DNA of 64,000 nucleotides from Deinococcales bacterium (GCA_965249745.1 OZ252252.1:4965659-5029658), one strand, 5' to 3'; shown: positions 28,393 through 39,043, counted from the first letter of the stretch. The notes: generated by a model from the sequence alone, not told the origin. A program made the numbers and translations.

Positions 28393-28738
28393 GGTTGAGC
28401 TTACCCGCCCGCCTCGTGAAATACATTATGTAAATGACGTAACAAGTGTGTACCTGCCCAACCCCAAGCCTTTGAGGGTTGCCTCGGAACTTTAGGAGAG
28501 TCAATCGGATCGCAAACCAGCTCCGCCAGAACCCTTCTTGAAAACGGCTCTAATTACCCTCGAGCCGGAATACAGAGCTTGGGAACCCATGCCACCAGGG
28601 ATGCAGATGCGCTCGAACCGATTTTGACCCATCAACCCTCGAGCCTCCAATGGACGGCGTTTGCGACACTAATTCCCGATTCTTGGAGCTATTTTGCGGC
28701 TCCCCGATTGAAGTCTCTTGCGAATGGGCAGCGATGGC

Positions 28739-28767
28739 TTGACAAAGCCTTTCGTGGGGATTACTCT
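28739..28767 (+). promoter_or_regulatory. Candidate sigma-70-type promoter of the sugar ABC / GH32 operon
   Basis: TTGACA (28739-28744), a 17-nt spacer, then TACTCT (28762-28767). Confidence 0.45.
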
Positions 28768-28771
28768 CTCC

Positions 28772-28785
28772 CGTAAGCGCTTACG
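28772..28785. promoter_or_regulatory. LacI-family operator (perfect palindrome)
   Basis: CGTAAGCGCTTACG is a 14-bp perfect palindrome matching the LacI/CcpA-type core (TGTAAGCGCTTACA-like). It lies 5 nt downstream of the putative -10, and a LacI gene closes the operon at 33780..34763. Confidence 0.65.
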
Positions 28786-28864
28786 AAATCACAATTGGTC
28801 GTTCCTCCCCGAAATTCGGAGAGGGCGGTTCCAGTGCATTCGTGGCGACCACCCAGGAGGAAGT

Positions 28865-30127
28865 ATGAAGAAACGTTGGTTGCTGATCGCAGGCTCGGCC
28901 GCTCTGACCCTGACTATGGCTCTGGCCCAGGGCACGAAAACCGTCAATGTTCTCGGGGCTTTCGGTGGAAACGAAGCCAAGGTCTTCCAGAACGTCATCA
29001 ACGCCTTTGAAGCCAAGAACCCGGAGATCAAGGTCAATTACGCCACGAGCGCCGATTTCAATACCGTGTTGAACGTGCGCGTGCAGAGCGGCGATTACCC
29101 CGACGTGGCCGCCATCCCACAGCCCGGCGTGATGAAGGACCTGGCCGCTCAGGGCGCGCTCGTGCCCCTGCCCGCCAACACCGTCAGCCAGATTCAGAAG
29201 GATTACTCGCCCGCCTGGGCAGAGTTGGGTCGTGGTAACGACCGCAAGATTTACGGCGTCTTCCACCGCGTCAACGTCAAGGGTCTGGTCTTCTACAACA
29301 AGCCCGCCTTCGAGGCCGCCGGATACAAGGTCCCGAAGACCTGGGTGGAACTGCAAGCGCTGACCAAATCCATGGAAGGCTCTTCCGCCGCGCCGTGGTG
29401 CGTTGGTATGGAATCGGGCGCAGCCACCGGCTGGGTCGCTACCGACTGGCTCGAGAACATCATGCTCCGCACCCAACCCGCCAGCGCCTACGACAACTGG
29501 ATCACCGGGAAGCTCGCCTTCACCTCACCGGAAGTCAAGAACGCCTTCAACATCGTGGACGGCATCTGGAACAACCCGAAAGCCGTGTACGGTGGTCGCA
29601 ATGCTATCGCCGCGACCAACTTCCTGGCCTCCACCAAGGGCTTGTTCACCAAGCCCAACCAGTGCTGGCTGCACATGCAGGGCAGCTTCGCCACGGATTT
29701 CATGCAGGACGACATCAAGAAGAACTTGGACGCCAACGTCGGCGTGTTCATGCTCCCAATGATTAACACCAAGCTGCCGGTCACGATTGAAGTCGGCGGC
29801 GATCAGTTCGTGATGTTCAAGGGCAAAAACCGTCCGGAAGTCACGAAGTTCTTGCAGTTCCTGGCGACTGGAGCCTCGGCTGACCCGTGGATCAAGGTCG
29901 GCGGCGGCTTGTTCCCACACAAGGACCAGACGGTCAGCCTGTACCCGACGAAGCTGGAACGCGACTTCGCCAATATCATCCTGAGCGCTCGAGTCGCCCG
30001 CTTCGATGCCTCGGATGCGATGCCGTCAGCCGTTAACCAAGCCTTCTGGAAGGGCACGACCGATTGGGTCACCGGCACACCGCTGGATAACGTGTTGAAG
30101 GACATTGACGCGGCGTACAAGAAGTAA
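28865..30127 (+). CDS. ABC transporter extracellular sugar-binding protein (CUT1 type)
   Basis: AGGAGG RBS and signal peptide MKKRWLLIAGSAALTLTMALAQG. Family-1 SBP-like sequence sits next to two MalFG-type permeases. Confidence 0.85.
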   Translation: MKKRWLLIAGSAALTLTMALAQGTKTVNVLGAFGGNEAKVFQNVINAFEAKNPEIKVNYATSADFNTVLNVRVQSGDYPDVAAIPQPGVMKDLAAQGALVPLPANTVSQIQKDYSPAWAELGRGNDRKIYGVFHRVNVKGLVFYNKPAFEAAGYKVPKTWVELQALTKSMEGSSAAPWCVGMESGAATGWVATDWLENIMLRTQPASAYDNWITGKLAFTSPEVKNAFNIVDGIWNNPKAVYGGRNAIAATNFLASTKGLFTKPNQCWLHMQGSFATDFMQDDIKKNLDANVGVFMLPMINTKLPVTIEVGGDQFVMFKGKNRPEVTKFLQFLATGASADPWIKVGGGLFPHKDQTVSLYPTKLERDFANIILSARVARFDASDAMPSAVNQAFWKGTTDWVTGTPLDNVLKDIDAAYKK

Positions 30128-30184
30128 GCGCTAGGTTCTGGGGCGAGGGGACTTCCCTCGCCCTTTGACATCTCGGAGGTTACT

Positions 30185-31291
30185 GTGGCGAACCCTACCA
30201 TTCAACGGCCGCCCGCCGAACTCCCTCGAGGCGCAGTCCTCGGTTTACTGACGGTCGCGTTGGCGGTAACGCTCGTGGCATACTGGTGGCTGTTCACGTA
30301 TCTGCGCGGCGGAACCGCCAGCGCCTGGGTGACGTTCGTGCTGGCGCTCCTCTGGGGCATCGGCGGGGCGTGGTTGCTGTTCGTGCTGGTGAGTTCCATC
30401 ACCGAACTCCTGCCGATGAAATTCAGGCAACGCATCATGCCGTGGGTCTTCGTGGCCCCAGCCCTGGCGCTGGTTTTCTATTACCTGCTGATCCCGACCT
30501 TTCGCACCTTCCAGCTCAGCCTGATGGACGCCAAGTCCATCAACTACGTGGGGCTGGACAACTACGTCTACGCCTTCACCAGCTCCGCGATGCTCGAGTC
30601 GTTTCGCAACAATGTGCTGTGGATCGTGTTCGGCGGTGGTTTGAGTGTCGTGCTGGGCTTATTTATTGCAACCTTGGCGGATCGCACAAGGCCCGGCTTC
30701 GAGGTCACGATCAAGACGCTGGTCTTCCTGCCGATGGCGATTAGCATGATCGGCGCGGCCGTGATCTGGCGGCTGGTCTACGCTTACGCCCCCGCCGGTG
30801 GTGGACAGATCGGTTTGCTGAACGCAATCCAGACGAGCTTCGGCGGCGACCCAGTAACGTGGTTGCAAACCAGAGGCTTAAACAATTACCTGCTGATCGT
30901 GATCCTGATCTGGATGCAAACGGGCTTCGCGGTCGTGGTTTTCTCGGCCGCACTGAAGGGCGTCCCGGCGGAATTGCTCGAGGCGGCCAGGATTGATGGC
31001 GCGACCGAATTGCAGTCCTTCTTTCGCATCATCGTGCCGTACATTCAGGTGACGATTATCTCCGTGACAACCACGATTGTGATTTTTACGCTCAAAGTCT
31101 TCGATGTCGTGTTCGCCATGACCGGCGGAAATTTCGGCACCCAGGTGATCGCTAACGAGCAGTACACGCAGATGTTCCGAAGTTTCGATTTCGGACGCGG
31201 CGCGGCGATCGCTATGGTGCTGCTGTTCACCGTGCTGCCAGTCGTGTACTACAACGTGCGCGATTTCGGTAAGAACGCCAAGGGCTTCTAA
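30185..31291 (+). CDS. ABC sugar permease (MalF-like)
   Basis: Multi-pass membrane protein with the EAA-loop region LEAARIDGATELQSFFRIIVP. GTG start follows GGAGG. Confidence 0.85.
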   Translation: MANPTIQRPPAELPRGAVLGLLTVALAVTLVAYWWLFTYLRGGTASAWVTFVLALLWGIGGAWLLFVLVSSITELLPMKFRQRIMPWVFVAPALALVFYYLLIPTFRTFQLSLMDAKSINYVGLDNYVYAFTSSAMLESFRNNVLWIVFGGGLSVVLGLFIATLADRTRPGFEVTIKTLVFLPMAISMIGAAVIWRLVYAYAPAGGGQIGLLNAIQTSFGGDPVTWLQTRGLNNYLLIVILIWMQTGFAVVVFSAALKGVPAELLEAARIDGATELQSFFRIIVPYIQVTIISVTTTIVIFTLKVFDVVFAMTGGNFGTQVIANEQYTQMFRSFDFGRGAAIAMVLLFTVLPVVYYNVRDFGKNAKGF

Positions 31292-31376
31292 ACCCAAAGA
31301 TTTTGAAGCTGATTGAACTCGAGGTGCGGCTGATCCGATCGGATCACTGGTCAGGCTCGAGGGAGAGGAAGGCAAG

Positions 31377-32264
31377 ATGGTCGCCAACAGACTCAATCCC
31401 GTCTCCAAATTCGTGATTTACGGTGCGCTGATTCTCATCGGGTTTTTCTGGACGATTCCGACGCTGGGCTTGCTGGTCACCTCGGTGCGCCAACCCGACG
31501 ATGCCTCCGCCAGCGGTTGGTGGACGGTCTTCACCGAGGGTAAGCTCAACCTAACGCTCCAGAATTACCTCGAGGTGCTGGGTACGGGCGGGAACGACGG
31601 TAGCAACGCGGCGTCGTCCAACAACCTGTCGCAAGCCATCGTCAACACCGCGATCATGGCAATCCCGAGCACCGTCATCCCGATCTTCTTGGCGGCGCTG
31701 GCGGCCTACGCCTTCGCCTGGATGAACTTTCCGGGGCGCAAATTCTTGTTCATGCTGCTGGTCGCGCTACTGGTGGTTCCGTTGCAGATGTCGTTGATTC
31801 CGATCCTGCGCGATTACCGCGTACTGGGATTGAATGGCACGTTCCTGGGTGTGTGGCTGGCTAACACCGGCTTCGGATTACCGCTGGCGACGTACCTTCT
31901 GTACAACTACGTGGTGACCCTGCCCAGAGAAGTCTTCGAGTCGGCAGTCATGGACGGAGCCTCGCACCCAATGATGTTCTCCAAATTGGTCGTCCCGCTG
32001 TCCATGCCAGCCTTCGCCTCGTTTGCGATCTTCCAGTTTCTCTGGGTCTGGAACGGCGTGCTGATTCCACTGGTGTTCCTGGGCGACCAGCAGAACCTGA
32101 TCGTGTTGCCGCAACGCATCTTGCAGATGATGGGGACCTACGCCTCTAACTGGACGCTGCTGACGGCGGGCGCGTTCGTTTCGATGGCGATTCCGCTGGC
32201 GGTTTTCATTGGGTTCCAGCGCTACTTCGTGCGCGGCATGTTGGCGGGAAGCGTCAAAGGCTGA
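31377..32264 (+). CDS. ABC sugar permease (MalG-like)
   Basis: Multi-pass membrane protein with the EAA-like region [25 protein letters not shown]. Confidence 0.85.
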   Translation: MVANRLNPVSKFVIYGALILIGFFWTIPTLGLLVTSVRQPDDASASGWWTVFTEGKLNLTLQNYLEVLGTGGNDGSNAASSNNLSQAIVNTAIMAIPSTVIPIFLAALAAYAFAWMNFPGRKFLFMLLVALLVVPLQMSLIPILRDYRVLGLNGTFLGVWLANTGFGLPLATYLLYNYVVTLPREVFESAVMDGASHPMMFSKLVVPLSMPAFASFAIFQFLWVWNGVLIPLVFLGDQQNLIVLPQRILQMMGTYASNWTLLTAGAFVSMAIPLAVFIGFQRYFVRGMLAGSVKG

Positions 32265-33731
32265 TGGAAGCAGGGCTGATAGAAAAACAGGGAGCGGAGG
32301 CACTTGAGACCATCAGCCTTCGTCCTCGCTATCACTTCACCCCAGCCCGCCACTGGATCAACGACCCGAACGGACTGGTCTACTGGAACGGCGAGTACCA
32401 CCTATTCTTTCAGTACAATCCGCTCGAGTCGGTCCAGGGCAACCTCAGTTGGGGGCACGCGACTAGCCCGGACTTGCTGCACTGGCAGGAGTTACCGGTG
32501 GCCATCCCCTACCAGGATGGCGTGATGGCGTTCTCCGGGTCGGCGCTGGTGGACTGGCAGAACCTGAGCGGCTTCGGGCTGAACGCTCAACCGCCCCTGG
32601 TAGCGCTGTACACCGGGCATCACGTCAGGCAAGGGCCCGAACAGTCTGGTCTCGAGGATCAGCGCTTGGCGTACAGCACCGACGACGGGCGCACCTGGCG
32701 AGAGGTACGCGGGAAATCCGGTACTGGACATCGGGGAAACCGATTTCCGTGACCCGAAGGTGTTCTGGCACGCGGGCAGCGAGCGTTTCGTGATGTTGAC
32801 CGTGCTGGCGCACGAACGCCAGGTGCAGTTTTACGGATCAACAGACCTGAAATCCTGGACGCACCTCAGCAGCTTCGGACCGGCGGGCGCGACGGACGGG
32901 ATCTGGGAGGTTCCAGACCTGTTTGAGCTTCCCATCGAGGACGCTCGGGAGACGCGCTGGGTTCTGAAGGTGGACGTTGGTTACGGTGCGCCGAACGGTG
33001 GGAGCGGTGGGCAGTATTTCACGGGCGTGTTCGACGGAACGCGGTTCACGCCGGATCATCCCAACGCCGCACCGAATTGGTTGGACGGCGGCAAGGATTT
33101 CTACGCGGCCCTCTCCTGGTCTGACCTGCCCGCCAGCGATGGTCGGCAGGTCTGGCTGGGCTGGATGAACAACTGGCAGTACGCCAAACCCATGCCGACC
33201 GCACCATGGCGCGGCAGCCTGACCGTGCCGCGCAGCTTGAGCCTGCGACGCGATGGAAATACGCTGCGCCTCGTGCAGCGCCCGATCCATGAACTCGAGA
33301 CGTTGCGGAGAGAGCATCAGTCGTTCAGGGCCACCCGCTGGACCGGAAGCCTCGAGTTGCCGTTTCTGGCATTGTCGCTCGAGGTACGACTGCAAGTTCA
33401 ACTTGGGAGCGCGAGCGAATTCGGGGTTGACCTAGGAAACATTCGTCTGGGATACGACACCCGAACTGAAGAGCTGTTCGTTGAACGAGGCGACTCGAGT
33501 TTCAGCCCGGATTTCGCGGGTCGCCACGCCAGGGTGATGCCCTTGGTTGACGACGTGCTGGATTTACACGTGCTGATTGATACCCAGTCCATGGAAGTGT
33601 TCGCTGACGGTGGAGCGCTGGTCTTCACGGAGCTGAGTTCCCCGAGACTGCCACGGTCAACATTGAAGCTCTATTCCATGAATGGTGAGACAGAACTGAT
33701 ATCATTGGACCTTTGGAGTTTGGACCTCTGA
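32264..33731 (+). pseudogene. Glycoside hydrolase family 32 (beta-fructosidase/levanase-like) interrupted by a +1 frameshift near 32698-32703
   Basis: ORF 32264..32752 carries [23 protein letters not shown]. After ...[11 protein letters not shown] the homologous sequence [23 protein letters not shown] continues in the +1 frame, which is open from 32604 and joins ORF 32760..33731. Four nucleotides (CGAG) sit where three are needed. Confidence 0.85.
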
Positions 33732-33779
33732 ACCGCTTGAAACGAACCCCCCTTGAAAGCAAAAAACATAGAAGCTCCC

Positions 33780-34763
33780 ATGCAGACCATCAATCGCACA
33801 AAATTAACGATTCACGACATCGCCAGAGCCGCCGGGGTCAGTACCGGCACGGTCTCGAGGGCGCTGAACGACCGCGCCGGTGTCAACCAGCAAACCCGTG
33901 AACGCGTGCTCGAGGTGGTGCAAAGCCTTGGGTACGTGCCGGACGTGGGGGCACGCCAACTGGCGAAGGGGGCGCGCACGATCATCGGCGTGACCCGGTA
34001 CTCGGACACCTCGTTGCGAAACCCGTATTACACGCTGCTGGTGGATGTCGTGCAACAGTCCTTGGTCGGCAGCGGTTACAGCGTTCACATCCTCAGCAGC
34101 GACACCGAACTGGAACACGCCCGCTTCGCCGGGGTGATCGTGCCCGGCGTCCGACTGGAAGACTCGCGTTTGGCGCACCTGAGATTGCAACGCAGCCGCA
34201 CGCCGTTCGTGGCGATCGGCGTCGGCGCGGAGCAACGCGATATCGCCAGCGTGGAATTGAACAATCGGAGCGGTACCTTGGAGGTCATGCGTCACCTGAT
34301 CGCCAGGGGGCATCAGTGCATCACACACGTGACCGGTGCGCCGATCGGTCGGGACGCACAGCAACGCCTAGATGCTTACAGTGAGATTTTAACTGAAGCG
34401 AACCTGTCCCATCACGAGGTACTGGACGGCGGCTTCACCGAACTCGGCGCGTACCGCGCCGTCACCCGCGCCCTACATCAAGGCTCAAAGTTCACCGCGC
34501 TAATGTGCGCCTCGGACGAGATGGCTTTGGGCGCGATTCAGGCGATCAAGGACGCCGGGAAGCGCGTCCCGGAGGACATCGCCGTGACGGGCTTCGATGA
34601 TCTGCCCTTGGAGAGCTTCCAGGCGGCGAAACTGACCACCGTGCATCAGCCGCTCCGCGAGATCGGACATCTGGCGGCGCAATTACTGCTGGAGCAACTC
34701 GAGGGGATCAAGCCGCGCACGGTCACGTTCACGCCAAAGCTGGTGGTTCGGCACACCGCCTGA
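33780..34763 (+). CDS. LacI-family transcriptional regulator
   Basis: The N-terminal HTH is LTIHDIARAAGVSTGTVSRALN, followed by a periplasmic-binding-protein-like core. I prefer the ATG at 33780 over the TTG at 33753. Confidence 0.9.
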   Translation: MQTINRTKLTIHDIARAAGVSTGTVSRALNDRAGVNQQTRERVLEVVQSLGYVPDVGARQLAKGARTIIGVTRYSDTSLRNPYYTLLVDVVQQSLVGSGYSVHILSSDTELEHARFAGVIVPGVRLEDSRLAHLRLQRSRTPFVAIGVGAEQRDIASVELNNRSGTLEVMRHLIARGHQCITHVTGAPIGRDAQQRLDAYSEILTEANLSHHEVLDGGFTELGAYRAVTRALHQGSKFTALMCASDEMALGAIQAIKDAGKRVPEDIAVTGFDDLPLESFQAAKLTTVHQPLREIGHLAAQLLLEQLEGIKPRTVTFTPKLVVRHTA

Positions 34764-35068
34764 GTTGCTGTCAGGAATTTATTCCCACCCCTCTTGCGCT
34801 GTGCGACTTTCTGATCGGAATCCGACGGGTCGAATGTCTCAAGGGTCCCGAGGCTCAAAAAACGTTCGAGCGGTTTATGGGTTTTTGGTGTCCACAGCCA
34901 TCAAACAGAGCCATCAAGTATCCCGCTCATGTCGGGCAGCCCTCAAAAAGATTGAAGACCCAGACCATGCTTGAGAATGCACAACTGGCAAAGGTAGTGA
35001 GGCTTCCATAAAATGCTCTAACCTTCCTCGAGTTTTAACGCTGAGGTTTGAATACCAATGCGTAAGCG

Positions 35069-35527
35069 CTAAAGAACAGCGGCGATAATCGCCAGGACAA
35101 AACCAACCACGCCTGGAATGATTCGCAAGAGGTGAAATGACACCCAGGTGTCACGGAGCTTCTCCCAGTTTTCTGGTAGTTCTGAGACTGTTCTAGAATT
35201 AATTTTTCCGACAATCGGTACTTCAATCAATATCGTAACAGCGAGAGTCACGATGAACAGGACAAGGGCAATAAAAGTCAAGTAAAACATAGCGCTACTT
35301 CTGGCATAAGAAAATAACAAGACTGGTGCGGCTGAAAGCAGTGCAATTGGCGTCAATACAGTCATGAGCGGGCCCATATTCCGACCAAGACGCTTGATAA
35401 TTTCTAGAAAAACACTTGGCTCGAAGGTGGATAGGGATTTGGTGAGTGCCAACCACGGACTGATATACATACCTGCTAGGAAAGCGAATAGCACGATGTT
35501 GACTACTTCAAATATTTTTAGAACCAT
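35069..35527 (-). CDS. DUF1772 / anthrone-oxygenase-like membrane protein
   Basis: 152-aa protein with four predicted TM segments and a low-GC gene body. The family call rests on overall pattern only. Confidence 0.55.
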   Translation of the reverse strand: MVLKIFEVVNIVLFAFLAGMYISPWLALTKSLSTFEPSVFLEIIKRLGRNMGPLMTVLTPIALLSAAPVLLFSYARSSAMFYLTFIALVLFIVTLAVTILIEVPIVGKINSRTVSELPENWEKLRDTWVSFHLLRIIPGVVGFVLAIIAAVL

Positions 35528-35587
35528 GACTCAACCCCTATTTTATAAAAGTGAACTCGATTGGGTTTGCTGCGGTAGTTATCTGCG

Positions 35588-37075
35588 TCAGTTCACCTCG
35601 AGCACACCCATCATTCCTTTGTCTTCGTGCCCAGAAACATGACAGTGGTACACGGTTCTGCCCTTAAAATCATCGAAGCGCACCGCAATCCGAACGCGTT
35701 CATCGCCGCGCAGGTTGACGGTATCTTTCCAAGCCAGATACGGTTCTGGTTTCCAGACACCGTTACTCATCCGCTCGAGAACCTGGAATGGGTACGAGTG
35801 AATGTGAAACGGGTGGTCGAGCGGGCTGGAATTGATGATTTCCCAAACCTCGAGCGCCCCCAGGCTGGTTTTAATATCGGTGCGGTTCATGTCAAAGGTT
35901 TGGTTATTGATCGTGAAGCCCTGCAAAAAGCCCATATCGAAGTTGATTTCGCGTCTTGTCGCGCTGGCGCTCGGTTTGAGTCGCTCGAGGGTCAAGAGTT
36001 TTTCCGGCAGTGGGCCGGGTTTCAGGTCGGGCGCATCAATGCTCAGCAGGGTTTGGGCGGCGTTCGAGCCTAGAGAGAAAGGGCTGCGGCCGTACGGCAT
36101 TTGCAGCAAACGGTACGTGCCTTTGGCTGAGAACTGCACCATCACCTCGGCTCGCTCCCCTGGTACGAGGAGCAACGTTTCGAGTGCCACGGGTTGCTCT
36201 AAGTAGCCTCCGTCCGTGGCGATCAAGTGCATGAGGTGCTGCTCGAGTTGCAACTTGAAAGCTCGGGTGATGCTGGCGTTGACCAAACGCAAACGCAAAG
36301 TGGAGGCTCGAGCGAGCAGTTTGGGTTGGTGTTGCCCGTTGACGAGAAGCACCTCGCCTTCCTTGCCGAGTAGATCGAACGCGGTCTCGTCGGCAACTTT
36401 GCCACCGATGATGGTCAAATCCGAAAGCACTAACAAATGTTCTTCGGCTTGTTGAAAGGCTGGTTCTGCCTCGAGATTTCCTTTGACCACAATCGCACCG
36501 TACAGTCCAGCAAATTGTTGTTCTGCCACATGCCCGTGCGGATGTGGGTGATACCAGTATGTGCCAGCCGAATTCTTGGGAATCACAAATTCTTGCACCC
36601 GAGATTCCCCAGGCTCGAGCGTCCCGAACGGATTGTCCACGCTTGGGGCTATGTGCAACCCGTGGGTGTGCAAGTTGCTGGACTGAGGTCTATGATTCAT
36701 GCTGCCGCTCATGTCCTGCATGGGTTTTGAGAGTTGGTTGACAAACTTGAGGCGAACCCGATCGCCCTCGCGCAGGTTCAGCGTTGGTCCAGGAAAGCTG
36801 CCGTTATACGCCAGGGCTTCCAGGTTAACCCCCGCAACTCGCACGCTAGCGGGTGAGGCGACCAGTGTCGCTTCCACCAGATCAGGCTCGAGGCGGCGCG
36901 CGGGCAGCGTGGGCGGCTCCAAGAGCGGTTGGTCGGATTCGCCCACGGCTGCGCCCGCCACGCTGATGCCACCCAATTTGAACATCGCGCCGCTGCCGAG
37001 CGCGGCGAGGCCTACACCAATACCCATGCGGATCAACAGTTGCCTTCGGGTCATTTTTTGTTTGATGTGGGTCAA
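35588..37075 (-). CDS. Multicopper oxidase with Tat signal
   Basis: Twin-arginine signal MTRRQLLIRMGIGVGLAALG. Copper-binding motifs HTHGLH, WYHPHPHG, HPFHIHSYPF and HCHVSGHEDKGMMG are present. The start is TTG at 37075 after AGGAAGAAGGAG, with an alternative ATG at 37054. Confidence 0.92.
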   Translation of the reverse strand: MTHIKQKMTRRQLLIRMGIGVGLAALGSGAMFKLGGISVAGAAVGESDQPLLEPPTLPARRLEPDLVEATLVASPASVRVAGVNLEALAYNGSFPGPTLNLREGDRVRLKFVNQLSKPMQDMSGSMNHRPQSSNLHTHGLHIAPSVDNPFGTLEPGESRVQEFVIPKNSAGTYWYHPHPHGHVAEQQFAGLYGAIVVKGNLEAEPAFQQAEEHLLVLSDLTIIGGKVADETAFDLLGKEGEVLLVNGQHQPKLLARASTLRLRLVNASITRAFKLQLEQHLMHLIATDGGYLEQPVALETLLLVPGERAEVMVQFSAKGTYRLLQMPYGRSPFSLGSNAAQTLLSIDAPDLKPGPLPEKLLTLERLKPSASATRREINFDMGFLQGFTINNQTFDMNRTDIKTSLGALEVWEIINSSPLDHPFHIHSYPFQVLERMSNGVWKPEPYLAWKDTVNLRGDERVRIAVRFDDFKGRTVYHCHVSGHEDKGMMGVLEVN

Positions 37076-37106
37076 CTCCTTCTTCCTAAAACCAGCCTAG
37101 CATAAA

Positions 37107-37120
37107 CATAGGATCCTATG
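37107..37120. promoter_or_regulatory. Perfect palindrome in the divergent MCO/marR region (candidate MarR operator)
   Basis: CATAGGATCCTATG lies at 37107-37120. The 11-mer AACATAGGATC recurs at 37239-37249, immediately before the marR ATG at 37252. Confidence 0.55.
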
Positions 37121-37251
37121 CAAACTTACTCAATTGTGTTTTCCATTGAAATACATTCGTTTCGGGTCGATTTCTCAAATTAGTGGATATTTCGCAGAAA
37201 TCTATCAGTATTCTTTGCAAAAATAGCGAGAAAGTCTTAACATAGGATCTG

Positions 37252-37731
37252 ATGAAAACGAAGAAGAGCGTCGAGGACTGCGATCCACAACCAACCGAAG
37301 ATTGGCATCCGCAAGCGTCAGCTTCGTTCTGGATCAACCGCGCCTCGAAATTGTTGATGCAACTCCAAGATGAACGCATCCGCCCCCTGGGTCTCCGCGT
37401 GAGCCAAATTCCTGTCCTTTTCGCGCTCGAACACGATGGTCCGATATCACAAAAGGAACTCGCGCAACGCGCAAAAGTCGAACAGCCCACGATGGCGGAA
37501 ATGCTGGCACGACTCGAACGTGATGGCGTGATCGAACGCCAACCTAATCCCCAAGACAAGCGCGGCAGCTTAAACGCATTAACGCTCAAATCACGATTGC
37601 GAATTCCGGACGCTAAGGCAACCCTTGTTCAAATGGAAAAAGACATGACGACAGGGTTTAGCGAAGCCGAAAAAGTGTTGCTGGTGTCCCTTTTGCAGCG
37701 CGTGATACAGAATCTCGAGACACATAGCTGA
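37252..37731 (+). CDS. MarR-family transcriptional regulator
   Basis: The wHTH pattern is LGLRVSQIPVLFALEHDGPISQKELAQRAKVEQPTMAEMLARLERDGVIERQPNPQDKR. Confidence 0.9.
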   Translation: MKTKKSVEDCDPQPTEDWHPQASASFWINRASKLLMQLQDERIRPLGLRVSQIPVLFALEHDGPISQKELAQRAKVEQPTMAEMLARLERDGVIERQPNPQDKRGSLNALTLKSRLRIPDAKATLVQMEKDMTTGFSEAEKVLLVSLLQRVIQNLETHS

Positions 37732-37942
37732 AATGAATTCGCTGACAGATCATGCGTTCACTCTCAAGTTGAGTACCGCATGACAGGGGTGCTGCAAAAC
37801 GGCCTCGGAGGTTCAATGCTGAATCTCGCTATATTTTCTCCCGAATCCAACTATGAACTCAATCCGGCCCACTGGATTCTTGATAACCATTCCTCCCTCG
37901 AGCCGTACCTTTTTCTGCGCCATCCCGTACACTGCCAGCACG

Positions 37943-39043
37943 ATGCTGAACTATCTGCTGATCCTAGTCCCGGTCGCTTTCATCCTCGAGTGGTTCGTGC
38001 ATCCGGGCGACACGGTGATCTTCCTGATCGCGGCAGGCGCGATTCTGCCGTTGGCAGGACTGATGGGTAAAGCCACCGAGGAACTGGCCGCCAGGGCGGG
38101 CGCGACCGTAGGCGGTTTGCTCAATGCGACCTTCGGAAACGCCACGGAGTTGATTATCGCCTTCTTCGCGCTGTCGGCGGGGAAATTCGATGTCGTGAAG
38201 GCCTCCATCACCGGGAGCATTATTGGGAATTTACTCTTGGTGCTGGGACTGGCCGTGTTCCTGGGCGGCCTGAAATACCCGAAGCAAACCTTCAATCCCG
38301 CCAACGCCCGGATCGCCTCGAGCCTGTTGATCATTAGCGTGATCGCGTTCATGGTCCCGGCGCTGTTCGATCTCTCCGAACGTCAGTTCGGGATTGCGGC
38401 GGATGCGATCAGGATTGACGATGCGAATCTGGCGCTGGGGGTCAGCGTCGTGCTGCTGGGCTTGTACGCCGCGAACATCTTTTTTACCTTCGTGACCCAC
38501 AAGGACGTGCTTTCCGTGGCGGACGAAAATGCCGAGGAACATAGCGCCACCTGGAGCGTGCCATTGTCCCTGGGCGTCTTGCTGGGCAGCACGATCTTGG
38601 TGGGTTTCATGTCCGAATTCCTGGTGGGCAGTATCGAAGGCTTCACGACTACCTTTCACCTGTCTGAATTCTTCGTTGGATTAATCATCATTCCGATCGT
38701 CGGCAACGCCGCCGAGCACGCCAGCGCTGTGGTTTTTGCAATGAAGAACCGCATGGAATTGGCGGTCACGATCGCCATTGGCAGCACGATCCAGGTGGCG
38801 CTTCTGGTCGCGCCACTGCTGGTCATCCTGTCCTGGGTCATCAACAAGCGCATGAACCTAGTGCTGAATAACCCGCTGGAACTGGTGACGCTGGTCGGTG
38901 CGGTGCTGATCGCCAACAGCGTGGCGCAGGACGGCGAGACCAACTGGCTCGAGGGGCTGATGCTCCTAGGGGTCTACGCGATTCTGGCGATTGCCTTCTT
39001 CTTCCTGCCCAGTCCAGTCGGAGCGTTACCCACGCACGGGTAA
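37943..39043 (+). CDS. Ca2+/H+ antiporter (CaCA/ChaA family)
   Basis: The two alpha-repeat signatures GNATELIIAFFAL and GNAAEHASAVVFA are present. ATG 37943 gives MLNYLLILVPVAFILEW. Confidence 0.9.
   Translation: MLNYLLILVPVAFILEWFVHPGDTVIFLIAAGAILPLAGLMGKATEELAARAGATVGGLLNATFGNATELIIAFFALSAGKFDVVKASITGSIIGNLLLVLGLAVFLGGLKYPKQTFNPANARIASSLLIISVIAFMVPALFDLSERQFGIAADAIRIDDANLALGVSVVLLGLYAANIFFTFVTHKDVLSVADENAEEHSATWSVPLSLGVLLGSTILVGFMSEFLVGSIEGFTTTFHLSEFFVGLIIIPIVGNAAEHASAVVFAMKNRMELAVTIAIGSTIQVALLVAPLLVILSWVINKRMNLVLNNPLELVTLVGAVLIANSVAQDGETNWLEGLMLLGVYAILAIAFFFLPSPVGALPTHG

Noticed and set aside
32690-32760. Programmed +1 ribosomal frameshift in the GH32 gene
   Set aside because: There is no slippery sequence, rare-codon pause site or downstream structure at the shift point. 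A mutation or sequencing error is the simpler explanation.
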